From contig DATBCW010000144.1 of assembly GCA_036270255.1 (NCBI GenBank), forward strand, positions 662 to 64,661: DNA of 64,000 nt, written 5' to 3'. The notes below the pieces were generated by a model that saw nothing but the letters and a program-made list of their open reading frames with translations, was not told the origin of the DNA and searched no databases. The position numbers and the translations under genes are program-made. Below are positions 34,537 through 42,509 of the stretch, piece after piece; the first letter of the stretch is position 1, and the number at the start of each line of letters is the position of its first letter. The stretch comes from Chthoniobacterales bacterium (GTDB taxonomy: Bacteria; Verrucomicrobiota; Verrucomicrobiia; Chthoniobacterales; UBA10450).

Positions 34537-35163
34537 TTACTGAACCTTCTGCGCCATCCAAAAGAAAATGAGCAACGCCAGGATCCCGAAAACGATGAGC
34601 GGCAACGTCACGGCGAACCCGATCTGCAGCCATTGCGAAAACGATTTGCCGCCGAGTCCCGCAGTCCCGGACTTGATTTCCGGCAAATCGATCTCGCCCG
34701 TTTCGCCATTCCCGCTCGCTTCCAATCGGCTGCGCTGTTGACTGAACTCGGTCCGCGCGTCGTCCACCGTGCTGAGGGCGCGGCTCAGTTCCTTGGGCAA
34801 TTCGGCCGGATTCCAGCTCTTCGGCTCGATCGCTTCGAGCAGCTGCAGGTGTTGCGTGAAACTCTCGTGCGTCGAGCGGATTTGCTCGAGCTTCTTTTGG
34901 CAATCGTAACCTTCGCGCTCCAAAATCACGAGCGAGCGCGAGAGCTTGTCCGTCATCTCCGCCCGGCCGCGTTCGAGTTCTTCCTGCCGCCGGCTCAACT
35001 CCTCGAGCTCGCGCTTTTGTTTTTCGATCACGTCCGCCTGACGCCGCAATTGCAGAAGCTGTTCCTGCGCTTTCTGCACCTGGGTATCGAGCAGCTCCGG
35101 AGACATCGATTCTTCTTCGTTTAGCTCCAGCATTTGTTCGATCGGTCGGATTCGTTCTGCCAT
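34537..35163 (-). CDS. Tail-anchored coiled-coil protein, unknown function
   Basis: 208 aa. Long charged helical region (QVQKAQEQLLQLRRQADVIEKQKRELEELSRRQEELERGRAE). Single C-terminal TM WLQIGFAVTLPLIVFGILALLIFFW with a 6-residue tail. The two alternative overlapping frames give Arg-rich junk. Confidence 0.55.
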   Translation of the reverse strand: MAERIRPIEQMLELNEEESMSPELLDTQVQKAQEQLLQLRRQADVIEKQKRELEELSRRQEELERGRAEMTDKLSRSLVILEREGYDCQKKLEQIRSTHESFTQHLQLLEAIEPKSWNPAELPKELSRALSTVDDARTEFSQQRSRLEASGNGETGEIDLPEIKSGTAGLGGKSFSQWLQIGFAVTLPLIVFGILALLIFFWMAQKVQ

Positions 35164-35304
35164 GGCACTCCGGTTTCGCCCGTGCGATCTCGGCGTCCAT
35201 TCGTCGCGGCGGGCTCATGGATATTAGCGGGCGCACTTCAGAATTCCACAAGTTTTCCCCGTCGTGTTTCGAAATATTGCGCTCGATTGATCCCCTAGAA
35301 AAAG

Positions 35305-36294
35305 ATGAGATCGAACTTCGTGTCTGACGCGCCATCCATCATCATCGAATCGCCCGCGCCTGGGCAAAGCGTCTACGACGAAGCCATTTTTGTTGCCGGC
35401 TCGGTCGACCTTGGCGATCGCGATTCCGCTTCCTGTCACGTGCGCGCCTTTGCAGATGATCAACGCTTCGCCGAAACGAGAATTCTTTTTCCACGTCCGG
35501 ACGACAATCGTTTTGGCTTTCGCATGCTCGGCCGGTTTCCAGCGACTGGCTCCGGTCCGCGCGATGTCGCGTTTCGCATCGTCGTTTCCTCCGGTCGCGC
35601 TGAAGACATCGTTACCGAGCAAAACGTGCGGCTGGTTCCGGCATCATTACGCGATCGGCCTTACGGCGAAGTGGTTTTTCCGGAAAATGAAACGCTGCTT
35701 CATCGGGAAAATGTTTACGGCTCCGGTCCGCCGATCGAAGAGCCGGGGGTCGAAGTCCTGAATTTGCTGCGAGCCTATTTACCGGGAAAATCTTCGGTCG
35801 TCGATGTCGGCTGCGGCGCGGGCGCGTACGGACCGCCGCTCATTGCTGCCGGACATGAATGGCTTGGGTTGGAGGCGAACCCGCATTGTTGCGACATTCT
35901 CACTCGACGCCAGTTGCCCTTCCGCCGAGTCGATCTTGCATCCGAGCGTCTTCCCTGTGCCGACGCTGAATTAGAGGATGCGATTTGCATTGAAGTCCTC
36001 GAACACACAAAAAATCCAGAGACCTTCGCCAACGAAATCGCGCGGATCACTCGTCGTCGCGCTCTTATTTCAGTGCCAAACATGGAACTGCTTCCCTATC
36101 TGCATGATTGGCGGGTAGTGCCATGGCACTTGCTCGAAGGCGATCACAAGAATTTTTTCACGCGCGCCAGCCTGCGCGCCTTGCTCTTGCGCTTCTTTTC
36201 CCGCGTCGAGGTTTTTCCGTACGGCGAACACCCGCTTCGCACACGTGATGACGTTCCGCTTTACGTCCACTTATTTGCGGTCGCAGATAAGTAG
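35305..36294 (+). CDS. SAM-dependent methyltransferase with ~150-aa N-terminal non-catalytic domain
   Basis: VVDVGCGAGAYG (motif I), DAICIEVLEHTKNPE, ALISVPN. Confidence 0.7.
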   Translation: MRSNFVSDAPSIIIESPAPGQSVYDEAIFVAGSVDLGDRDSASCHVRAFADDQRFAETRILFPRPDDNRFGFRMLGRFPATGSGPRDVAFRIVVSSGRAEDIVTEQNVRLVPASLRDRPYGEVVFPENETLLHRENVYGSGPPIEEPGVEVLNLLRAYLPGKSSVVDVGCGAGAYGPPLIAAGHEWLGLEANPHCCDILTRRQLPFRRVDLASERLPCADAELEDAICIEVLEHTKNPETFANEIARITRRRALISVPNMELLPYLHDWRVVPWHLLEGDHKNFFTRASLRALLLRFFSRVEVFPYGEHPLRTRDDVPLYVHLFAVADK

Positions 36295-36304
36295 ACAAAG
36301 CCAT

Positions 36305-36501
36305 GTCATCCCGAGCCGCGCAGACGGCGAGGGACCTCCCAGCTGCAAATTGCGGCACACGAATCCCAATCACCGACGATATTACGGAGACGCGTTCGGT
36401 TTTGCGCGAGCGCGGGAGCGCGTGAGAGGTTTGAAAGCCCGGCCTCGCCAGCTTTGCTGGCTGCGTTACGGCTCGGCGCGCTCCGCCAGCCTCGGGATGA
36501 C
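36305..36501. repeat. REP/MITE-like element family A, copy 4 (longest, 197 bp)
   Basis: gtcatcccgagccgcgcagacggcgagggacctccc ... ggctcggcgcgctccgccagcctcgggatgac. Lies between convergent genes. Confidence 0.85.
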
Positions 36502-36509
36502 ACGCCGAA

Positions 36510-37301
36510 TCAACGCGCCTCGTCCAACAGCCTCGACCAATTCTCGATCTCCGTGAGATACGCGCCCACGGTGTGCTCTTTAAGCTCCGGAAAGTGCGAA
36601 TCGATGTAATCGCGTTGAAACGGTTTCGGCCCATGGAAATGAATGATCTTCGCCTCAGGGTTCTCGCCCCAGTACGGCTTCCAATTAAGCTCGGGCCGCA
36701 ATCGGTCCCAGAGCGGCCCCTTTTCGTCGCGATAAAACCAGCGATAAGCCGCTTCGTCCCACGATTCAGCTTCGAGCGCCGCCAGATTTTTTGAAATGTA
36801 TTCGCGAAACTCCGACAGGCTTTCCCCGAGCCGGTCCGTATTCATCAGCATCACGCCGGTATTCATGTTGACGTAATCATCTCGGACCGATTCCGGCGCG
36901 ACCGCAAAGTAATGGCAGGGGTTCGCTTCCAGTTCCGGCACGACTTCATCGAGAAAAAACACGTCGCAATCGGTGTAGAGAACCCGCCCGGTTCCTCCCG
37001 CGCGCTCGACAATGTCAGGCAGCTCAACCCGGGAGAATGCGCCCGAAAGCGCCGCGGCCAGATGCGGATTTCCTTTCTTCCGTCCCAGCTCGGTCAGCGC
37101 GTCGCGAACAAAACTTCGGTGAGAAACGATTCGGACGCCGCGCTTCGTCAGCCATCTCGTGAAATCGTTTTCTTTGCCGTCGTAAATGCAATGTGGCTCG
37201 AGCGTGGTGTGTTTTCGCGCCGTGTGCACGGCCACCATCACCATCTCGGCGTATTGACGGAACGCCGTCGAATCTTCGGTTAGCGCAAAATACCACTGCA
37301 T
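36510..37301 (-). CDS. Nucleotide-diphospho-sugar transferase, GT8-like
   Basis: VLYTDCDVFFLDE (DxD context), NTGVMLMN; overall GT-A/GT8-like layout. Weak assignment. Confidence 0.5.
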   Translation of the reverse strand: MQWYFALTEDSTAFRQYAEMVMVAVHTARKHTTLEPHCIYDGKENDFTRWLTKRGVRIVSHRSFVRDALTELGRKKGNPHLAAALSGAFSRVELPDIVERAGGTGRVLYTDCDVFFLDEVVPELEANPCHYFAVAPESVRDDYVNMNTGVMLMNTDRLGESLSEFREYISKNLAALEAESWDEAAYRWFYRDEKGPLWDRLRPELNWKPYWGENPEAKIIHFHGPKPFQRDYIDSHFPELKEHTVGAYLTEIENWSRLLDEAR

Positions 37302-37325
37302 CGTTTTAGATGTTCGACCGGCCGG

Positions 37326-38435
37326 TTATGACTCTCGCCACGCGATTGCGTCTCCTTCCGGTGTTTCCCTGAAGTCGTATCCCGCCGTTTTCAACAACGC
37401 ATAGGCCGCCTGTTTGTCGTCCTCGGAAAGATGCTGATGTTCGAACATCAGTAACGTTGGCCGAAAACGCGTCAGATCCAGCGTGCGCAGGATCTCTAGG
37501 TCGTGCCCTTCGGTGTCGACCACCAGCAGATCGATCCGCGCAATTCCATGGCGGGCCAGAAGAGTGTCGAGCCGCACCGTCGGGACGCGTTCCTCGATCA
37601 GGAGAGAATCGATTTTCGGAATCGATTCGCGGTGTTTGAGAAGGACTTCACGGTCCAGGCTCGCGAGTTGGTTGAACCATTCCGGGGTTTGCCCCGGGAT
37701 GCTGCGCAAACGATAAAGCGGCGCTTCTCCATCACGCGTCGAAATGGCGGCGCATTCCACTTGCATGCCCGGCCGGTCGCGATAACGCGCCACCAGCATT
37801 TCGTAAAGATACGGCACGGGCTCGACGAGCAGTCCGGACCAGCGTGTTTTGCGAAATCCTTCCACGAGCGGATCGCCCGCGATCCCATCGTTCGCCCCGA
37901 TCTGGACCACAAATGCTTCCGGAAAAATCTCGCCGAAAAGGGCGATGAGGTGGTCGCTCTCGTCTCGACGAAAATCGGTTCCGCGACTGATCTCGACTTG
38001 CAGAAGAAACGCCGAGAGCGCCGCATTCCAACGCGAACGAGGATCGCGCGCGAAGCGCAATCGCAGCAACGCGAAGGAGCGACAGAACTGCGCTCGCAAT
38101 CGCGTGGACCACGGCGGCGGCGGCGGCGGTGGCGGCAGGCGCTCGATCGCGGTATTCGGTTCGCCGCCGGCGTTGAACGAAAAATGGAGCGCGCCGTCGC
38201 GGAGATCGCTCGATTCGATTTCATCATTGAACCCGATCGCGAATGCATAGTTCGGAAACGCCCGACGCACATCCGGTCGCTCTTCCAACCTAAGACCGCG
38301 TTCTGTTGGACCCGACAATCGAAGATTGCTCAATTCTTGTTGAGTTGTGATCCATCCCCGCAGTCGCACTCGACGATCGCGAAATTGTTCGCGCGGCTCA
38401 TCGAGGTGAAACACGAAATTAGCGTGTGACTGCAT
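37326..38435 (-). CDS. FkbM-family methyltransferase with ~150-aa N-terminal domain
   Basis: VVQIGANDGIAGDPL, LLVEPVPYLYEML, IDLLVVDTEGHDLEIL, LLMFEH. Confidence 0.75.
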   Translation of the reverse strand: MQSHANFVFHLDEPREQFRDRRVRLRGWITTQQELSNLRLSGPTERGLRLEERPDVRRAFPNYAFAIGFNDEIESSDLRDGALHFSFNAGGEPNTAIERLPPPPPPPPWSTRLRAQFCRSFALLRLRFARDPRSRWNAALSAFLLQVEISRGTDFRRDESDHLIALFGEIFPEAFVVQIGANDGIAGDPLVEGFRKTRWSGLLVEPVPYLYEMLVARYRDRPGMQVECAAISTRDGEAPLYRLRSIPGQTPEWFNQLASLDREVLLKHRESIPKIDSLLIEERVPTVRLDTLLARHGIARIDLLVVDTEGHDLEILRTLDLTRFRPTLLMFEHQHLSEDDKQAAYALLKTAGYDFRETPEGDAIAWRES

Positions 38436-38456
38436 CCGGGAAAAAGGCAGGAGGGT

Positions 38457-39149
38457 TTAAGCCGTAGTCGCGCCGATCGTAACGGCCGGGCCATTCGGAT
38501 GAGCGGGATCGTCGTGAATCACCTCGACGCGTTTGTAGCCGCTGGCTCGCAGAACGTCGCCCAGCGATTGGATCGTCAACCATGTCGCCGTATCGGACAT
38601 TCCACTGAGCGGTTCGTCCGCGCCGCCTTCGACATGAATTTTGCCGCGCCAGCCCGGGCCGACGTCTCGCGCTTCTTCCTCTCGCGCGTATTGCGTCCAG
38701 ATGTAAACGATCGGCGCAACCGAAGGCAATTGTTCCAGCAACTTCCACGGCTCGGGCAAATGATAAAGGAGTCCGCAACAGAAGACAGCGTCGAACGTCC
38801 CGAACCGAGACAGGTCGGCATGTTCGAGGTTGGCCTGAATGAATTCTACATTGGGAACCGCGAGAAGATTCTGAACAAATCGCGCCTTGCGCAGGCTCAC
38901 TTCCCGCCCTTCAAGCGCGACCACGCGCTCAACTCCCGGCCGTTGCGCCAGGATAAAACTGTGTGCTCCTTCCAGCGCCCCAAGCTCCAGGATCGTTTTC
39001 GGTTCCGGCAGGAAACGAAAGAATCGTTCGACCCGCACGTCACCTTCCGCACTGATCGGCCCGCCGTAGGTTTTGCCACCGATCGCGAATTGATAAATCC
39101 AAGGCCCCAAGGCGGCGAATCGCTCGGCGAGATTTTCGGATTGATTCAT
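38457..39149 (-). CDS. Class I SAM-dependent methyltransferase (CmoB/DUF1698-like N-terminal pattern)
   Basis: ATG 39149 (MNQSENLAERF). LGPWIYQFAIGGKTYGG, ILELGALEGAHS (motif I), FDAVFCCGLLYHLPEP. ATGA overlap with upstream rlmI. Confidence 0.7.
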   Translation of the reverse strand: MNQSENLAERFAALGPWIYQFAIGGKTYGGPISAEGDVRVERFFRFLPEPKTILELGALEGAHSFILAQRPGVERVVALEGREVSLRKARFVQNLLAVPNVEFIQANLEHADLSRFGTFDAVFCCGLLYHLPEPWKLLEQLPSVAPIVYIWTQYAREEEARDVGPGWRGKIHVEGGADEPLSGMSDTATWLTIQSLGDVLRASGYKRVEVIHDDPAHPNGPAVTIGATTA

Positions 39150-40315
39150 CGGCCGGGCATCATTTCCAGGAGCACGCCTTTGAAATATTCCGTTTCCGGC
39201 AGCGTGGGAAGGACCGGATGATCGAGCGCTTGCTCGAACCGCCGCAAACGTCGCGCCGAGCGGCGCGCGTCGACGAGCGCATCGGCGATGGTTTGGTCGA
39301 AGATTGTTTCGCTCACGTGATGGGAACACGAAAACGTGGCGAGCAGTCCATCTTTGGAGAGCAACTTGAACGCGCGCACATGGAGCTCGCGATAACCGCG
39401 CAAGGCGTCGCGAAGCCCGCCCTTCGTTTTCGTGAAGGAGGGCGGATCGAGAATGATGAGGTCGTACTCAGCTTCGCTCTTCTCCGCCGCGCGCAGAAAG
39501 GCGAACACATCTTGTCCGACCCAGTTCACTTCGAGGCCATTGCGTTCCGCATTTCGGCGCGCCGCGGCGAGACTCGGCCCGCTCTCCTCTACGGCGGTCA
39601 CGGTCGTTGCGCCCGCCTTCGCGCACCGCAGTGCGAAAGCTCCTTGGCTCGTAAAGCAATCGAGCACTAGTCGGCCCCGCGCGTAACTCGCGACCGTTTC
39701 GTAATTCGCCAGCTGGTCCAGATAAAAGCCAGTCTTCTGAGCGCTCATCAAGTCTGTCACGAACCGCAGCTCTGCCACCTCGATTTCTGTTTCGCCCGGT
39801 GGTTCGCCGAAAAGCACGCCGACCTTCGGTTCCATGCCTTCCGCCCTCCGGACCGGCGCGTCGTTGCGCTCGATAATTGATCGCGGGGAAAAAGAATTCT
39901 TCAGCGCTTCCACGATCGAATCCTTCCGCTTGTCCATCGCGAGCGTGAGCGTTTGCAGAACGAAATCGTCGCCGTAACGATCGACGATCACGCCCGGCAG
40001 TCCGTCGCTCTCACTCCAAACGACGCGGCAGAGCCGCGAGTTCACGCCGCGCCGCTCTCGGTATTCCGCTGCCTGCGCGATTCGCCGCTGGAAAAAGTCG
40101 AGGTCGAGATCCTGTTTTCGGCGCGAGAATCGGCGGGCCACGATCTGCGATTTGCTGTTGTAAATCGCGCTCCCCATGAGGCGGTCCTTTCCGTCCTTGA
40201 GCGAAATCACATCACCATCGGCCGGATTGCCGAAAACCTTCAGGACCTCTCCCGAGAACACCCAATCGTGCCCGTGGAGAATGCGCGCCCGCGGTTTGAC
40301 GACAATGCCGGCCAT
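39146..40315 (-). CDS. rlmI: RlmI-type PUA + SAM-dependent RNA (m5C) methyltransferase
   Basis: ATG 40315 (MAGIVVKPRA). GDVISL..G..MGSAIYNSKSQIVARRF, DGLPGVIVDRYGD, QKTGFYLDQ, VLDCFTSQGAFAL, IILDPPSF, ATFSCSHH. Confidence 0.8.
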   Translation of the reverse strand: MAGIVVKPRARILHGHDWVFSGEVLKVFGNPADGDVISLKDGKDRLMGSAIYNSKSQIVARRFSRRKQDLDLDFFQRRIAQAAEYRERRGVNSRLCRVVWSESDGLPGVIVDRYGDDFVLQTLTLAMDKRKDSIVEALKNSFSPRSIIERNDAPVRRAEGMEPKVGVLFGEPPGETEIEVAELRFVTDLMSAQKTGFYLDQLANYETVASYARGRLVLDCFTSQGAFALRCAKAGATTVTAVEESGPSLAAARRNAERNGLEVNWVGQDVFAFLRAAEKSEAEYDLIILDPPSFTKTKGGLRDALRGYRELHVRAFKLLSKDGLLATFSCSHHVSETIFDQTIADALVDARRSARRLRRFEQALDHPVLPTLPETEYFKGVLLEMMPGR

Positions 40316-40325
40316 GAAGAGTAAT

Positions 40326-40388
40326 GAATCAGGAAAACAGGAAAGCAGGAATTTTTTTGGGTTTTTCCTGCGTTCCTGCTTTCCTGAT
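40326..40388. repeat. Palindrome with arms built of CAGGAAA units (hairpin family D, copy 3)
   Basis: aatcaggaaaacaggaaagcaggaa / ttcctgcgttcctgctttcctgatt. Lies in the divergent rlmI-purC intergenic region, ending 6 nt before the purC ATG. Confidence 0.75.
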
Positions 40389-40393
40389 TGTTT

Positions 40394-41278
40394 ATGACGC
40401 CTTTGCGCAGCCTCGATCTTCCCGGCATTCCCAAACTCCGCTCCGGAAAAGTCCGCGAAGTCTTCGACCTCGGCGACACTCTGCTCTTCGTCGCCACCGA
40501 TCGCTTGTCCGCCTTCGATGTCATCCTGCCCGATCCGATTCCTCAGAAAGGCGCGGTCTTGAATCAAATCTCCGCGTTTTGGTTTCGGCGATTCGGGTTC
40601 GTGAAAAACCATCTGGTAACGGACGACATCGCCGAATTCCCGGCGGAGCTCGCGCCATTTCGAGATCAACTGCGCGGACGTTCCATGATCGTCCGCAAAA
40701 CCCAACCGCTTCCAGTCGAGTGCGTCGTGCGCGGTTATCTCGCGGGTTCCGGTTGGAAGGAATATCAGCAGAGCGGCAGCGTTTCCGGTGTGTCGTTGCC
40801 GAAAGGCCTCCAGCTCGCGTCTCAATTACCCGAGCCGATCTTCACACCTTCAACCAAGGCTGAGGCGGGCCACGACGAGAACATCGATTGGGAAAAATGC
40901 TGTACTACTCTCGGACGCGATCTCGCCGAACGGGTGAAAGATTTCAGCCTAAAAATCTACGAAGCCGGCCGGCAACACGCCGCCGAGCGCGGGATTATCG
41001 TCGCCGATACGAAGTTTGAATTTGGCCTGCTTGGCGATGGGCTGTTTTTGATCGACGAATGTCTGACACCGGATTCATCGCGCTTCTGGCCCGCCGATCG
41101 TTATGTCGTCGGCCAGAGCCCGCCGAGTTTCGACAAACAATTCGTGCGCGATTATCTCGAGACGCTCGACTGGAACAAGACCTCACCGGGTCCCAAGCTC
41201 CCCGCGGAAATCATCGAGAAAACCGCCGCGAAATATCGGGACGCGTTCGAGAGGCTTACCGGGGCGGCGTTACGCTAA
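40394..41278 (+). CDS. purC: Phosphoribosylaminoimidazole-succinocarboxamide synthase
   Basis: [58 protein letters not shown]. Confidence 0.92.
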   Translation: MTPLRSLDLPGIPKLRSGKVREVFDLGDTLLFVATDRLSAFDVILPDPIPQKGAVLNQISAFWFRRFGFVKNHLVTDDIAEFPAELAPFRDQLRGRSMIVRKTQPLPVECVVRGYLAGSGWKEYQQSGSVSGVSLPKGLQLASQLPEPIFTPSTKAEAGHDENIDWEKCCTTLGRDLAERVKDFSLKIYEAGRQHAAERGIIVADTKFEFGLLGDGLFLIDECLTPDSSRFWPADRYVVGQSPPSFDKQFVRDYLETLDWNKTSPGPKLPAEIIEKTAAKYRDAFERLTGAALR

Positions 41279-41281
41279 GGG

Positions 41282-41438
41282 GTCATCCCGAGCCGCGCAG
41301 ACGGGCGAGGGACCTCTCAGCTGGAACTTACGCCTTCCGGCAAGCACGATGCGCTGCTTCCCGAATACGCGCGAACTACGCGAAAGCGATTAGCCGCTTG
41401 GGAGGTCCCTCGGCGCGCTTCGACAGCCTCGGGATGAC
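41282..41438. repeat. REP/MITE-like element family A, copy 5
   Basis: gtcatcccgagccgcgcagacgggcgagggacctctc ... ggaggtccctcggcgcgcttcgacagcctcgggatgac. Lies between convergent purC and mdh. Confidence 0.85.
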
Positions 41439-41446
41439 ACGTCTGT

Positions 41447-42433
41447 TCAGCCGCCGAGCAACTCGCTTACCATCGCCTTCTCTTCCTTCAGCTCTGCCAC
41501 CGATGCGTCGAACTTCACCTTGCTGAATTCATTGAGCGGCACGTCCTGCACGATCTCCCAGTTGCCGCCGCGCGAGCGCACGGGGAACGAACAGATCAAT
41601 CCTTCTTCCACGCCATAACTGCCGTCCGAACAAACCGCCACGCTGTCCCAATCGCCTTCCGCGGTATCCGTGGTGAGCGAACGGACCGTATCGACGATCG
41701 CATTCGCCGCCGAACCCGCTGAGGACGATCCGCGCGCCTTGATGATCGCCGCGCCGCGCTGTTGCACTGCAGGAATGAACGATTCCTTCAGCCATGGCTC
41801 GTCGCCAATGACCTCAGCCGCGGAACGCCCTTTGATTTTCGCGTTGTAAGCGTCGGGATACTGGGTGGCCGAATGATTTCCCCAGATCGTCACGTTGCTG
41901 ACCTCGGTAATGTCGACGCCGGCCTTCTGCGCGAGCTGCGCCTTGGCCCGGTTTTCATCGAGGCGCGTCATCGCAAACCAGCGATCGCGCGGCACCGATT
42001 TCGCGTTGTTCATCGCGATCAGGCAATTCGTGTTACACGGATTCCCAATCACGAGGACGCGGACATCTTTCGCCGCGTTTTTGGCAATTGCCTGGCCCTG
42101 GCCGGTAAAAATCTTTCCGTTAATCCCGAGCAAATCCTTGCGCTCCATTCCGGCTTTGCGCGGCACACTGCCGACGAGCAGCGCCCAGTTCACATCGCGA
42201 AAGCCTTCGTCGAGATCGGTCGTCGCCACCATGCTTTTGAGCAGCGGAAACGCGCAATCATCCAGCTCCATGACCACGCCTTTGAGCGCTTCGAACCCCT
42301 GCGGGATTTCAATCATGTGGAGCGCGACCGGCTGGTCCGGGCCGAACATCGCGCCCGACGCGACCCGGAAAACAAGAGCGTAACCAATCTGTCCGGCCGC
42401 ACCGGTGATCGCGACTTTGATGGGTGATTTCAT
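41447..42433 (-). CDS. mdh: Malate dehydrogenase (NAD, LDH-like type 2)
   Basis: ATG 42433. [56 protein letters not shown]. Confidence 0.92.
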   Translation of the reverse strand: MKSPIKVAITGAAGQIGYALVFRVASGAMFGPDQPVALHMIEIPQGFEALKGVVMELDDCAFPLLKSMVATTDLDEGFRDVNWALLVGSVPRKAGMERKDLLGINGKIFTGQGQAIAKNAAKDVRVLVIGNPCNTNCLIAMNNAKSVPRDRWFAMTRLDENRAKAQLAQKAGVDITEVSNVTIWGNHSATQYPDAYNAKIKGRSAAEVIGDEPWLKESFIPAVQQRGAAIIKARGSSSAGSAANAIVDTVRSLTTDTAEGDWDSVAVCSDGSYGVEEGLICSFPVRSRGGNWEIVQDVPLNEFSKVKFDASVAELKEEKAMVSELLGG

Positions 42434-42439
42434 GAAGAT

Positions 42440-42509
42440 GTTGAGAGTTGAGAGTGAATAGTTGAGAGCCCCTATTCCGACTCTCAACTCTCAACTTTCA
42501 ACTCTCAAC
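42440..42509. repeat. Palindrome with arms built of TTGAGAG heptamers (hairpin family D, copy 4)
   Basis: gttgagagttgagagtgaatagttgagag / ctctcaactctcaactttcaactctcaac. The right arm contains the malQ stop codon (42505-42507). The left arm starts 7 nt upstream of the mdh start codon. Confidence 0.75.

Noticed and set aside
34282-35335. Two ~280-aa ORFs (34282-35124 + and 34490-35335 -) competing with the tail-anchored coiled-coil genes
   Set aside because: Both give Arg/Pro/Leu-rich low-information sequence. The chosen frames give coherent heptad-like helices ending in clean TM segments, with tight operon spacing to the GT87 gene. This is not proven without expression data.
42440-42509. Tandem TTGAGAG/CTCAACT heptamers that at first looked like a mini repeat array
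   Set aside because: The units are contiguous 7-mers forming the two arms of one hairpin. There are no spacers and no cas genes, so this is not a CRISPR array.
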